Shown one piece after another: positions 47,103 to 57,433 of a stretch of 64,000 bases of DNA (position 1 is the stretch's first letter; each line of letters starts with the position of its first letter). The position numbers and the translations under genes were made by a program. This DNA comes from an uncultured bacterium. Its GTDB lineage: Bacteria; Abyssobacteria; SURF-5. Location of the stretch: the NCBI GenBank assembly GCA_964607485.1, contig CAZSKP010000008.1, positions 32,001-96,000 of the forward strand, written 5' to 3'. The notes beneath the pieces were generated by a model. The model was given only the letters and a program-made list of their open reading frames with translations. It was not told the DNA's origin and did not search any database.

Positions 47103-48120
47103 CGCAGTCCTGGCGCTGCCACTGTTCTTGTTGCCGGCCAGGGCCTCGGCCGGGAAGGAGACGATTGCGACTCTGAACGGTGAGCCGATCACCCGCGAGC
47201 AGGTCGAGCAGCGCACCGCCACGAAACTGTACAGGTTGAGATGGGAGATATACGACACGCTCAAGACCGAGGCCGAAAAACTGGTCGATGAGCGCCTGCT
47301 GGCCGAGGAGGCGAAACGCCGGGGCGTGAGTGTCGAGGAACTGTTGCATGTCGAGGTCGAGCAAGGGATGCAGCCGGCCACCGACGAGCAAATAGACGCC
47401 TACATCGAGGAACAGCAGATTTCAGACAAGCCCGACGAAGAAGTACGCGCCCGAATCGCCACGTACCTGACCGAACGCGCCAAGATTCAGAAGAAGCTCG
47501 ACTTCCTCGAGGAGCTTCGCAAGAAGTCCGATTACCGGTTCCTGCTCGAGCCGCCCGAGCGCCCGCGCGTGCGGGTGAGCGTGGACGACGACCCGGTGAG
47601 AGGAAGCCCCGACGCGCCCGTCACGATCATCCATTTTGCCAGCTTATCGTGCGACCACTGCGCCGAGAGCGCGCGCAAGATCAAGCGGTTGACCGAGGAA
47701 TTTCCGGGACTCATCCGATGGGTCCACCGCGATTTCCTGAACCCGTTTGATGAACGCGGCCTCAAGGCGGCGGAGGCCGGCGAGACGGCACACGCTCAGG
47801 GCAAGTTCTGGGAGTTTCACGACTACGTCTATTCGCTCCATGGCGATTTCGCTCCGGAGGACCTCGGCAAGATGCTCGAAGCGGTGGGGGTTGACGCTTC
47901 CCAATACGAGCAGGCGCTGAAAGACGCGCGGTATATTCTCGAGATAAAGCACGACATCGAGGATGGAGTGCAGGCCGGTGTGACAGGGGTGCCGACGATT
48001 TTCATAAACGGCCGCTACACAAGCGGCACGTTTCCGTACGAGCAACTCAAGCAAATGGTCGAGGAAGAACTGCAGGCCGCAAGCCCGAAGGCGGAGAAGG
48101 AGGCCGAGTCTCTGCCTTAG
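47062..48120 (+). CDS. DsbA-like thioredoxin with SurA-like N-terminal domain
   Basis: Signal peptide, IATLNGEPIT, DDPVRGSPDAPVTI, CDHC, QGKFWEFH, GVPTIFING. Confidence 0.88.
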   Translation: MKLSRNIFLRASLSAVLALPLFLLPARASAGKETIATLNGEPITREQVEQRTATKLYRLRWEIYDTLKTEAEKLVDERLLAEEAKRRGVSVEELLHVEVEQGMQPATDEQIDAYIEEQQISDKPDEEVRARIATYLTERAKIQKKLDFLEELRKKSDYRFLLEPPERPRVRVSVDDDPVRGSPDAPVTIIHFASLSCDHCAESARKIKRLTEEFPGLIRWVHRDFLNPFDERGLKAAEAGETAHAQGKFWEFHDYVYSLHGDFAPEDLGKMLEAVGVDASQYEQALKDARYILEIKHDIEDGVQAGVTGVPTIFINGRYTSGTFPYEQLKQMVEEELQAASPKAEKEAESLP

Positions 48121-48285
48121 CGCAACGCCGCGCGGATGATTAGCGGCTTTCCTCGGCATACGGTTGCGACGGGCCACTGCGCGCCGCAGTGGAGAAAGGG
48201 GGGATCGACAGGAAGAACTCTCGTTTCATTCCGTTTGTTCCGTTCTCAAGGCCTTTCTTCTGGAACAACGAAAGGAGACCTACCG

Positions 48286-49191
48286 ATGACATTTCGTGAT
48301 TTACGCAGGACGAACACCGGCATAGTCTTTCTCCTCATCCTGACCGTCACGCTGGTGTTCGCATTCACCACAACCGCTTATGCAAAAGACCCGCAGCTCG
48401 TTCCCAAACGCCTCAGCTCCACGGGCGACAGCATCAGCGCGGGAATCGACGTGGAGTATTACGGCCAGAACGCCAACGCGAGCTGGGTCAACGGCTACTA
48501 CGGTTTCTGGCAATGGCTCTTCGGGCTCACCAATGTCAACAGCCACAACCAGCGAATCACGGCCAAATATGGCAGGTGGGGGCGCGCGAACTATATGGAT
48601 GCCGTCAGCGGCGCCGACATGTTCGACTTCCCCGCACAGACCGCCCAGGCCGCGAGCCAGAGCGCTCAGTATGTGACCGTTTTCATGGGACACAACGACG
48701 TGTGCCAGAATCATCCATGGGAGATTCCTTCCGACGATGTGTTCGAGGCGAACTTCCGCGCCGGAATGGAGAACCTGAAAAACGGTCTGCCCCATGGCGC
48801 GACGGTCTATGTGCTGGCAATCGTTGACATCAAGCAGCTCTACGAGGAAGCGAAGGACAAGAAGGCGCTCGGAATCGTGGACTGCGAAGTGCTATGGGCC
48901 ACCTCGCTGCTGGGCTGGTTCCCCTGCGGCACGATGCTCAGCCCGCTCAACACAGAGGCCGACCGCCTGGCGACCCGCGCGCGGATCGAGGGATTCAACG
49001 ACATATTAGAGACAGTGACGAACGAGTATCAGGCCAATGATTCGCACCATCACTACTGTTTCACGGAACTCCCCTTCCTCTATCCGTTCATAGAGAGCGA
49101 TGTGTCCGACCTCGACTGTTTCCATCCGTCGGCACAGGGACAGACCACCCTCTCGCGCGAGACATGGCAAATCGGTCCGTTCGGCCCGTAA
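48286..49191 (+). CDS. secreted SGNH/GDSL hydrolase
   Basis: GDSISAG, AVSGA, MGHNDVC, DCFHPS; AAGGAG RBS. Confidence 0.9.
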   Translation: MTFRDLRRTNTGIVFLLILTVTLVFAFTTTAYAKDPQLVPKRLSSTGDSISAGIDVEYYGQNANASWVNGYYGFWQWLFGLTNVNSHNQRITAKYGRWGRANYMDAVSGADMFDFPAQTAQAASQSAQYVTVFMGHNDVCQNHPWEIPSDDVFEANFRAGMENLKNGLPHGATVYVLAIVDIKQLYEEAKDKKALGIVDCEVLWATSLLGWFPCGTMLSPLNTEADRLATRARIEGFNDILETVTNEYQANDSHHHYCFTELPFLYPFIESDVSDLDCFHPSAQGQTTLSRETWQIGPFGP

Positions 49192-49231
49192 GGGAGAAGA
49201 GACGGAAGCAGGCTGGAAACTGCATCATGAC

Positions 49232-49265
49232 GAGAGGCGCCGCCACCCGCGGCGCCTCTTTTCTT
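49232..49265 (+). terminator. intrinsic terminator
   Basis: AGAGGCGCCGC-cacc-GCGGCGCCTCT followed by TTTCTT. Confidence 0.75.
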
Positions 49266-49285
49266 GTCCGCTATCCTCGAATTCT

Positions 49286-49883
49286 TCAGACTTCCCACGG
49301 TTTCTTTGGTTCCACCTTTCCCGCAGATGGATTCTCGGGATCGCTTTCCCAACAAAGAGGATTGTCGATGATGTACCGGCGAATGCGATTGAATTCTTCA
49401 TCGTTGCGGACAATGTGTTCGTAGTAATTGCGCTGCCACAGCCTGTCTGGGAACGATTTCCAGCCGCATTCGGCAATTCCTCGACGATACCGTGCGGTAG
49501 TCAGTGATTTGAAACGATGAACAACAAGGGGCAAGGACATCTTTGTAGGGGCAGGCCCCAAATCATCCGCCGAATCTGTCGTAGGGGCCTGCCCCTACAA
49601 CGGATTCAGTCAGTGGTTTGATAAAGATGATGCCGTGAAGATGGTTAGACATGATTACAACCGCGTCGATATCAATGCCCGGATAGTATTGCGGCAAATC
49701 GTGCCACACAGAATGCACCATCGCTCCAATTTCATTCAATATCGTCTGGCCATCCACAATCTTCCCGAACAAGCATCGACGCTGCCGCGCACAAATCGTC
49801 ACGAAGTATGCTCCCGCCTGCGAATAATCGAAATCTTTCAGTCGGATGGACCGGCGACGATGCTTCGGCGGGTCAGGAATCAT
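49286..49883 (-). pseudogene. REP-associated tyrosine transposase (RAYT, Y1 HUH), split by a frameshift
   Basis: RRSIRLKDFDYSQAGAYFVTIC..IMSNHLHGII in one frame; FKSLT..LWQRNYYEHIVRN..IRRYIIDNP in another. The break falls in a 17-bp inverted repeat at 49543-49600. Confidence 0.88.
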
Positions 49884-49928
49884 TCGGAAGATTCCCTTTG
49901 TAGGATTGACGCGTGCGAGTGAAGATTC

Positions 49929-51014
49929 TCAATACTTCCCGTATTTCCTGGCGGCGCGGACCATGGCGAGGTAGTTTTCGGGCTTGCATCCGGGGTGGAT
50001 GGTGTTCGACGAGGTCATGATGTATCCGCCGCCGGGCGCCGCGTCTTCGATGGCCTTCCTGACCGCGCGCTCGACCTCGTCCTCGGTTCCCCACGGCAGG
50101 AGTTCCGAGCAGTCGATGTTTCCCAGCAGGCAGATCTTATCGCCGCAGTGCTGCTTTACCTTCTTGAGATCCATTCCGCCCTGGGGCTGAAGCGGATGGA
50201 TTCCGTCGAACCCGATCTCCACGAGCCGGTCGAGTATCGGCCAGAGGTTGCCGTCGGAGTGTTTGAGGGCCTTGGCGCCTTTTTGATGAACGACCTCGAC
50301 GAGTTCCTTCATATAGGGCCCGATGAACTCATCGAACTGCGCGGGCGACATCATCGTGTTCGCGTTGAAGGCAATGTCGTCCTCAAACACGACCGCATCG
50401 ACGCCGGCATCGAGAGCCTCGGTGATTTGCTGCTTGTGGTAGTCGGTCGACATGCGGGCGAGCTCGTGGACGAGCTTCGGATTCTCGATATAATCCATCA
50501 ACAGGTGATCGAGGCCGCCTCGCAATCCCCAGCTATATCGAAAACAGTCGTGCGAGCAGAACACGATTGCGGTCTCGTCCTTGAACCGCGCCTTCACCAT
50601 GCTGAGCATCATCAGGTCAACGTCGGGGTCGGTTTTCGGAGGGCTGTAACTCTTCAGGTCCGACGGCGACTTTATCGGGCCGTCCATCGGGAAGGCGAGT
50701 CCGAAGGGATTGCGCTTGTAGGTGATGCCCCACTTGTCTTTGAAGCAGCCTTCGCCCAGCGGCTCCTCCTGCTCGAGAACCCGTGCGGAGATTCCCTCGA
50801 TCTCAAGCTCTTCGATGAAAAGCGAGAGCGCCTCGAATATCATCAGGAGCTCATCCGGGGTCATGTCGGCGACCGATTTCATCGGAGGGAGCCTGTCGGT
50901 GAAGTGCCGTGCGATGCCGATTATGCTCGATTCGTTGTAGGCCAGTTCGAACAGAGGCACCCTGTCGGGCTGCTCGAGATTGAGCGCAGCCAGAATCCTC
51001 TCTTTTCCGGTCAT
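49929..51014 (-). CDS. uroporphyrinogen decarboxylase family (MtaA/CmuA-like) protein
   Basis: MTGKERILAAL..PDRVP, DDIA, HSDGN, CLLGNID, GGGYIMTSSNTI. Confidence 0.9.
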   Translation of the reverse strand: MTGKERILAALNLEQPDRVPLFELAYNESSIIGIARHFTDRLPPMKSVADMTPDELLMIFEALSLFIEELEIEGISARVLEQEEPLGEGCFKDKWGITYKRNPFGLAFPMDGPIKSPSDLKSYSPPKTDPDVDLMMLSMVKARFKDETAIVFCSHDCFRYSWGLRGGLDHLLMDYIENPKLVHELARMSTDYHKQQITEALDAGVDAVVFEDDIAFNANTMMSPAQFDEFIGPYMKELVEVVHQKGAKALKHSDGNLWPILDRLVEIGFDGIHPLQPQGGMDLKKVKQHCGDKICLLGNIDCSELLPWGTEDEVERAVRKAIEDAAPGGGYIMTSSNTIHPGCKPENYLAMVRAARKYGKY

Positions 51015-51058
51015 CGTGTCTCCTCTTTTCTTCGGAGATCCTGAAAGCGGGCACGCTC

Positions 51059-51109
51059 ATTATATCACCCTCATGGGATTTGTCAATTTCCCCCATCACA
51101 TATTATAAT
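51059..51109. promoter_or_regulatory. overlapping divergent promoters
   Basis: Minus strand TTGACA-16-TATAAT (51086 to 51059); plus strand TTGTCA-18-TATAAT (51080-51109). Confidence 0.6.
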
Positions 51110-51163
51110 GTCGATACTTTTCAATTCAGGAGATTCACTGTTGGAGCAAAAGAGAGGTCTCAC

Positions 51164-52738
51164 ATGCGGTACTGTACCGATGTCATTGAAGAGAGCGCCG
51201 AGCAGAAGCCCGATTCGCTCTTTCTCGTCTTCGAAGATCAAAAGATAACATTCGGCCAGTTCAACCGTAGGATCAATCGTGTCGCCAACGGGCTGGCGAA
51301 GCTCGGCATCGGGGCGAAGTCCGGCGTCAGCATCATGATGCCCAACTCGCCCGAATGGTTGTACGTTTACTTTGCCACGCAGAAGATAGGCGCCTGCGCG
51401 GTTCCCATAAACGTGGGCCTGAAGGCCGACGGACTGGCGTACATCATCGACCATTCCGATTCGAGCGCCATCTGTGTCGGCCACCAGTATAGAGACCAGT
51501 TTGAGAATATCAGGCAGCGGCTGCCGAAGCTCCGCCACGTGATTTACGACACCACCGACGCCCCCGCCGATTTCGAGCTGCCCGAGGGAGCGATGACTCT
51601 CGCCGAGCTCGCACAGGCGGACGGCGAGAACCCGGCCGTGCGGCCCGACCCGGAGGACATCTCGGTTCTCATGTACACCTCGGGCACGACCGGCCTGCCG
51701 AAAGGGGTCGTCATCCGGTACAAGAGCTTCGACCTGGAGATGTTCACGATGTTTTCGCAGATGGTGTACAACGAAAACGATATTCTGTACACCTGCCTGC
51801 CGCTGTTCCACGCAAACGCGCTCGTGCTCACGGTCATGCGCGCCATCGCAGCCGGCGCGAAAGTGGGCCTGAGCCGCCGTTTCAGCGCGAGCAGGTTCTG
51901 GGACGACATCCGGAGATACGAGGCGACCACCTTCAACGCGCTCGGCGCCATGATACCCATTCTCATGAAGCAGCCTCCCCGCCCCGACGACGGCGACAAC
52001 CCCGTGCGGCTGGTCCTGAGCGCGGCGTGCCCCGCGCACCTGTGGGAAGAGTTCGAGAAACGGTTCAACGTGAAAATCTGGGAGGGCTACGGGGCCGTCG
52101 ACGGCGGCGGATTCACGCTGTTCAACATCGGCAACGCGCCCGTGGGCTCGATGGGAAAGCCGCCCGAGGACGCCGTCGCAAAGGTTTTCGATGAGCAGAA
52201 CAACGAGCTTCCGACGGGAGAGGTGGGCGAGCTCGTTTTCAAGATCGACGACATCGAGAGGCGCAAGGTGGAATATTACAAGGACGAGAAAGCCGCGAGC
52301 GGCAAGATTCGCAACGGATGGCTGCACACCGGCGACCTCGTGTACGCCGACGAGGAGGGCAACTTCTATTTTGTGGACCGAAGGACGGATTCGATGCGCC
52401 GGCGGGGCGAGAACATCTCCTCGTACGACGTCGAACAGGTGATAATGAAGCATCCGGCTGTGCTCGAGTGCGCGGCCTACGGTGTGCCGTCCGACCTGGG
52501 CGAGGACGACGTGATGGCGGCCGTCGTGCTGAAGCCGGAGGCGTCGCTCACGCCGAAGGAGTTGGTGGAATTCTGTTCCGACAAGATGGCCGACTTCATG
52601 ATCCCGCGCTACATCGACTTTCGGGCGGAGCTGCCGAAGACGGGCACGCACAGGCTTCAGAAAGTCGAGTTGAAGAAGCAGGGTGTCACACCGACGACGT
52701 GGGACAGGGAAAAGGAGATGTCCAAGAGGAAGAAGTAG
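51164..52738 (+). CDS. acyl-CoA ligase (CaiC-like AMP-binding enzyme)
   Basis: YTSGTTGLPKG, LPLFHANA, WLHTGDL, RRRGENISS, LPKT. Confidence 0.92.
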   Translation: MRYCTDVIEESAEQKPDSLFLVFEDQKITFGQFNRRINRVANGLAKLGIGAKSGVSIMMPNSPEWLYVYFATQKIGACAVPINVGLKADGLAYIIDHSDSSAICVGHQYRDQFENIRQRLPKLRHVIYDTTDAPADFELPEGAMTLAELAQADGENPAVRPDPEDISVLMYTSGTTGLPKGVVIRYKSFDLEMFTMFSQMVYNENDILYTCLPLFHANALVLTVMRAIAAGAKVGLSRRFSASRFWDDIRRYEATTFNALGAMIPILMKQPPRPDDGDNPVRLVLSAACPAHLWEEFEKRFNVKIWEGYGAVDGGGFTLFNIGNAPVGSMGKPPEDAVAKVFDEQNNELPTGEVGELVFKIDDIERRKVEYYKDEKAASGKIRNGWLHTGDLVYADEEGNFYFVDRRTDSMRRRGENISSYDVEQVIMKHPAVLECAAYGVPSDLGEDDVMAAVVLKPEASLTPKELVEFCSDKMADFMIPRYIDFRAELPKTGTHRLQKVELKKQGVTPTTWDREKEMSKRKK

Positions 52739-52756
52739 GCGGAACGCGCGGAGCAG

Positions 52757-52987
52757 ATACTACCGGGAACATGAGATACATCACATTCTTGTCATCCTGA
52801 ACGAAGGGTCTCGGACCCGTGGGCCGCGGGCCCGAGTGAAGGATCTCATGTTTAGACTGAACGCACGAGATTCTTCGGTCGCTTCGCTCCCTCAGAATGA
52901 CAATGAGGGGCTCAGAATAACAGTGAGTAGCTCAGAATGGCAATGGAAGGCTCAGAATGACAACTACTAGCTGCTCCGAGTGGTAAG
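52757..52987. repeat. ~230-bp element, copy 1 (GTCATCCTGA...CTCAGAATGACA + 20-bp tandem tail)
   Basis: Highly similar to 55515-55754. Confidence 0.9.
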
Positions 52988-53047
52988 AAGTTCAATGGGG
53001 CGTTGAACATCGCGCTTGAATCGGGTGAATGAAAGGAGTCACATCCC

Positions 53048-55504
53048 ATGAGAAAGGCTTTCTGTGTGGCGTTCTTTGCGATTGCTTTGTCGCTCCCATG
53101 CGTGCGCAGTGCCGCGGCGGAAGAGACGCCCGGCCTGCAGAAGTCGTTCGGAGGCCTGAAGGGAAATGTCGAGGTTGTCATAGACAAGCACGGATTTCCC
53201 CACATTTACGCCGAGAGCGAGGCCGACGCCATGTTTGCGCTCGGGTACATGCACGCCAGGGATCGGTTGTGGCAGATGGATTTCAACCGTCGCGCCGCAG
53301 AGGGAAGGCTGTCGGAAATCATGGGACCGGATGCGCTCGACCACGACGTCTTCGTCCGTACCATCGGGCTCAATCGACTCGCGCGGCTGTCTGCAAAACG
53401 AGCGCAAAATGATCCCAAGCTGTACGCGAACATGACCGCTTACGCGTGGGGCGTGAACTCCTTCATCGCCGAAAAGATGCCGGACCACCTTCCTGTCGAG
53501 TTTCAGCGGCTCGGTTACCAGCCGGAGCCGTGGACGCCGGCAGATTCGGTTGCAATCGGCAAGGCGATGGCGTGGGAGCTGTGCGGCAGCCTCGACGACC
53601 TGTACATGGGAACGCTTGTCCAAAAGCTCGGCTGGGAGACGGTCAGCCAGCTCTTCCCCGTTGACCGTTACAAAGAGATACCCATCATCCCCTCGGAAAA
53701 GTCAAGCGCCCAATCAGAGAGCGGGGGAGAGGCAACGATGAAGTCTTCGGCCGAAACCGGCGAGGGCGGCCTCGGTGACGCGTGCCTGAGCATCATCCGG
53801 ATGGCGTCGCATCGGTTCCGGATGCTTGGCGACTACGACAATATCGGGAGCAACAACTGGGTGATAGACGGAACAAAGTCGGCGAGCGACAAGCCGATCC
53901 TGGCTTCCGACCCCCACCTCGGCTTCAACATGCCGTGCGTCTGGTACGTCGCTCACGTGAAGGGCGGCAACCTCGACGCCATCGGCGTTTCGCTGCCCGG
54001 CGTGCCCATGATAGTGATAGGGCACAATCAGCACATTGCATGGGGAATGACCAACACGCAGGCCGACGTGACCGACTTTTACGTCGAGACATTGAACGAG
54101 GAGAAGACCCAGTATCTGCACGAGGGCGAATGGAAGCCCCTCGAAGTCTTCAACGAAACGATAAAGGTGCTCGGACGAGACCCGGTCGAGCTGAAAGTTG
54201 CGGCGACGGCGCACGGACCAATCCTCTCCACGCCCCAAGCCGAATTGGCGATACAGTGGATAGGCGCGGAGCCGGACGACGACGCGCTCGCCTTCAGCCT
54301 GCTCAATCGCGCCACCGATTACGACGACTTCGCCACCGCCATGCAAACCCTGAACGCGCCCCCGCAGAATTTCGACTACGCCGACTCGAACGGGATGATA
54401 GCCATGTGGGTGGCCGGTCTCTTTCCCGTTCGCAAGGCGGGATTCGGCCGCGTTCCCGTGGACGGCGCCTCGGGAAAGTACGACTGGACGGGGTTTATCC
54501 CCCGGATAGACACGCCGCACAGCGTCAACCCCGCGCAGCACTACCTCGCATCGGCCAACCAGCGTCCGGCGCCGAAGGACTATCCGTATTATCTCGGCTA
54601 CGAGTGGGACCCCGGCTACAGGGCGCGCCGGATAAATCGGCTGCTTTCCTCGAACGATTCGATCACGGCGGACATGATGAAAAGCTTTCAGGCCGACACG
54701 TACGATATGGCCGCCGAATCCATGCTCCCACACCTGATAGCCGCGTGCAAAGACGAGTTCGAGAAAGACAAACCTTACGCGAATGCTCTCGACACACTGT
54801 CGAAGTGGGATTTTCTGACCACTATCGACAAAGCCGCTCCGACAATCTGGTGGAAGTGGCTCGACAAGTTCCGCAACGCGGTGTGGGAGGACGAATGGCA
54901 GGCGGCGGGAATCGAGCTGCCAAATGACTCGTGGGGTTTCACCGATTTGAACAAGTGGCAGCCGCCGCTGGAGGTTCTCGAACGGATGGTGGTGGAAGAG
55001 CCCACCTCGAAGTGGTTCGACGACGTGACAACCGAAGAGAGGGAAACGCTGAGGGAAATCGCCACCAGGAGCCTGCGCCAGGCGGTGGATGAGTTGTTGC
55101 AGAATCTTGGCGAGGATATGTCCAAATGGAATTGGGGCAGGGTGAACCGGCTTCGGATCGACCACCTCTCGGGCGACCCGCTCCTCGTTCGCGGGGGTCA
55201 GCCGCTCAACGGAAGCGACCTCACGCTCTGCGCGAGAGGCACGGGGGGTGACGTGACGGGCGGGCCGAGCTGGCGGATGGTCGTCGATTTCAGCGACGTG
55301 GGCGGCGCCGTCGGCGTGTTCCCGGGCGGTCAGAGCGGCGACCCCGAGAGTCCGCACTATGACGACTTGATCGACAAGTGGGTTGCGGACGAGTACGTTC
55401 CTCTCCCGTTCTATTCGACGCCGGAACAGTTTTCCTCGGAGCAGGTCGAGGCTCGGATACATCTCTCACCCTCCTCGGAGGGAGTCGGACTCGTGACGCC
55501 GTGA
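53048..55504 (+). CDS. penicillin acylase family (Ntn hydrolase, S45)
   Basis: Signal peptide, PHIYAE, GYMHARDRLWQMD, GSNNW, ASDPHL, GQSGDPESPHYDD. Confidence 0.93.
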   Translation: MRKAFCVAFFAIALSLPCVRSAAAEETPGLQKSFGGLKGNVEVVIDKHGFPHIYAESEADAMFALGYMHARDRLWQMDFNRRAAEGRLSEIMGPDALDHDVFVRTIGLNRLARLSAKRAQNDPKLYANMTAYAWGVNSFIAEKMPDHLPVEFQRLGYQPEPWTPADSVAIGKAMAWELCGSLDDLYMGTLVQKLGWETVSQLFPVDRYKEIPIIPSEKSSAQSESGGEATMKSSAETGEGGLGDACLSIIRMASHRFRMLGDYDNIGSNNWVIDGTKSASDKPILASDPHLGFNMPCVWYVAHVKGGNLDAIGVSLPGVPMIVIGHNQHIAWGMTNTQADVTDFYVETLNEEKTQYLHEGEWKPLEVFNETIKVLGRDPVELKVAATAHGPILSTPQAELAIQWIGAEPDDDALAFSLLNRATDYDDFATAMQTLNAPPQNFDYADSNGMIAMWVAGLFPVRKAGFGRVPVDGASGKYDWTGFIPRIDTPHSVNPAQHYLASANQRPAPKDYPYYLGYEWDPGYRARRINRLLSSNDSITADMMKSFQADTYDMAAESMLPHLIAACKDEFEKDKPYANALDTLSKWDFLTTIDKAAPTIWWKWLDKFRNAVWEDEWQAAGIELPNDSWGFTDLNKWQPPLEVLERMVVEEPTSKWFDDVTTEERETLREIATRSLRQAVDELLQNLGEDMSKWNWGRVNRLRIDHLSGDPLLVRGGQPLNGSDLTLCARGTGGDVTGGPSWRMVVDFSDVGGAVGVFPGGQSGDPESPHYDDLIDKWVADEYVPLPFYSTPEQFSSEQVEARIHLSPSSEGVGLVTP

Positions 55505-55514
55505 CAGCCGCCTC

Positions 55515-55754
55515 ATACTACGAGGAGCATGAGATACATCACATTTTTGTCATCCTGAACGAAGGGCTCGGACCCGTGGGCCGCAAGCCCGAGCGAAGGA
55601 TCTCATGTTTGGTCTGAACCCGTGATATTTTTCGAGATTCTTCGGTCGCTTCGCTCCCTCAGAATGACAAAGAGGGGCTCCGAATAACAGTGAGTAGCTC
55701 AGAATGGCAATGAAAGGCTCAGAACGACAACCATCAACTGCTCCGAGTGGTAAG
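55515..55754. repeat. ~230-bp element, copy 2
   Basis: Direct repeat of 52757-52987 with a few substitutions and indels. Confidence 0.9.
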
Positions 55755-55775
55755 TGAAAGGCGCTCAGGTAGCCT

Positions 55776-56345
55776 ATGCTGATAGAAATGTTGATGGTGG
55801 TGGCGATCATCGCGCTGTTGCTCGTCGGACCTTCGTTCGAGAATGTGTGGCTGGCGGTAGCGATCTACGGCGGAGTCATAGGAGGGATGGTTCTGATATG
55901 GTGGTTTTCGTCCCGGCTCTCGGGCGGAGTCGCCGGGTTCTTATCGGGCACCTCGGGCGGCGGAAAGGTGAAGCAGACGTACAGCCTGGCCGAAAAATAT
56001 GAGGTCGAGCACAAGTACAAGGCCGCGATAGAGCTTTACAAGCAAGCGTTCAAGAAAGACAGGAAGAACCCCGCCCCCAGGAAGAAGCTGGCCAACCTCT
56101 ACTACAAGCTGCGAGATTACGACAATTGTCTTAAGTACATGCACGAGGCGCTGAGCATGCCGGGAGAGATGTCCGAGACTGAACGCTGCGACCTGATGAA
56201 CCGCATCGCCGACGTGTATCTGCAATTCAAACACGATCGCGCCTCGGCGGTGGCGATTCTTAAGCGCATCATCAACGAGTTCCCCCAGAGCAAGTACGCC
56301 GTTTATGCGCGCGACCGCATCGTGCAGATAAAGCAAGACGCCTGA
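55776..56345 (+). CDS. membrane-anchored TPR protein
   Basis: Two TM helices then TPR-like helices (AIELYKQA, LANLYY, IINEFPQSKYA). Confidence 0.75.
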   Translation: MLIEMLMVVAIIALLLVGPSFENVWLAVAIYGGVIGGMVLIWWFSSRLSGGVAGFLSGTSGGGKVKQTYSLAEKYEVEHKYKAAIELYKQAFKKDRKNPAPRKKLANLYYKLRDYDNCLKYMHEALSMPGEMSETERCDLMNRIADVYLQFKHDRASAVAILKRIINEFPQSKYAVYARDRIVQIKQDA

Positions 56346-56399
56346 TGGCCGGGGCTTATGCGCCTCGCTCGCTTGCGACCTTCGAGCCGCCCGCCCGCT

Positions 56400-56428
56400 T
56401 TGACATAGCACCCTCTTTCTGGTAGAAT
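56400..56428 (+). promoter_or_regulatory. sigma70-type promoter of bamD-lptE-holA
   Basis: TTGACA, 17 bp, TAGAAT. Confidence 0.75.
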
Positions 56429-56473
56429 ACGGCTTCAAACGGGAAAGAAGTGTAATGTGGAGGAGTTTGAGCG

Positions 56474-57433
56474 ATGTCCACAAGAGCCCGATTGCTGTCC
56501 GCATCTGTCATGGGCGCGCTGTTGCTCGCGCTGATGTGCGCCGGCGCTGATGCGGCATTGATATGGACCCCGCAGACCGGCCGCTGGATCGACCCCAGAC
56601 GTCAGCCGAAGGAGACGCCTGCGCTTCAATTCCAGTATGCCGAGAAATTGCTGGCGGATGGAGACACGGAGAAGGCGATCAACGAGTACAAGAAAGTCCT
56701 GCGCTATTTCCCCGAGAGCAACTACTGCGACCTCGCCCAATACTCGATCGGCAGGGCGCTTGAGGCGCAGGGCGACTACGAAGAGGCCGTCAAGGAGTAC
56801 CAGAAGGTCATCGACGACTATCCCAACACACAGCTGTTCAGCCACGTTCTGGAGAAGCAGCGAAAGATCGCCGACCATTACTTCGACCTGGGCGTCCAGC
56901 GCGAGGAACGCTTCGCCCTGTTCAGGGGCAGCAACTTCGATAAGGCGATCGAGACGTATCGGAAGGTCATCGACAACCAGCCGTTCACCGAGCTTTCGGC
57001 CGAGGCGCAGTACCGTATCGGTCTCTGCTACACGAAGCTCGAGCTGTACGACGAGGCGAGCGCCGAGTATCAGAAGGTCATCGACTTCTATCCCGCCTCC
57101 AATTGGACGATGGAGTCCGCGTTCGGATGCGCCGAATGCAAGTTCTTCCAGGCGCTTCCCTGTGAGTACGACAAGACGGCCGCCGAGCAGGCGATAGAGA
57201 AGTTTAGCTATTTCCTCAAGGCGTATCCCCAAAGCCCGCGGGCGGAGGAAGCGCGCAAAAAGCTCAAACAGGTTCAGGAAACCGCGGCCGAGCACGAATA
57301 CCAGATCGGCATGTTCTATCACCATAATATGAAGTTCGACTCGGCTCGCCTGTACTTGGATTCCGTCGTGCGCGATTATCCGGAGACACAATGCGCAAGC
57401 AAGGCTCGCGAAACGCTCAGCGCAATGCCGTGA
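56474..57433 (+). CDS. bamD: outer membrane protein assembly factor BamD-like TPR protein
   Basis: WTPQTGRW, YfiO-type TPRs, YDKT...AI..F...YPQS, AEHEYQIGMFY, YPET. Confidence 0.8.
   Translation: MSTRARLLSASVMGALLLALMCAGADAALIWTPQTGRWIDPRRQPKETPALQFQYAEKLLADGDTEKAINEYKKVLRYFPESNYCDLAQYSIGRALEAQGDYEEAVKEYQKVIDDYPNTQLFSHVLEKQRKIADHYFDLGVQREERFALFRGSNFDKAIETYRKVIDNQPFTELSAEAQYRIGLCYTKLELYDEASAEYQKVIDFYPASNWTMESAFGCAECKFFQALPCEYDKTAAEQAIEKFSYFLKAYPQSPRAEEARKKLKQVQETAAEHEYQIGMFYHHNMKFDSARLYLDSVVRDYPETQCASKARETLSAMP

Noticed and set aside
52891-52987. 20-bp periodic units as a CRISPR array
   Set aside because: Repeat (~12 bp) and spacer (~8 bp) are far too short, the units derive from the adjacent palindrome end, and no cas genes are present.
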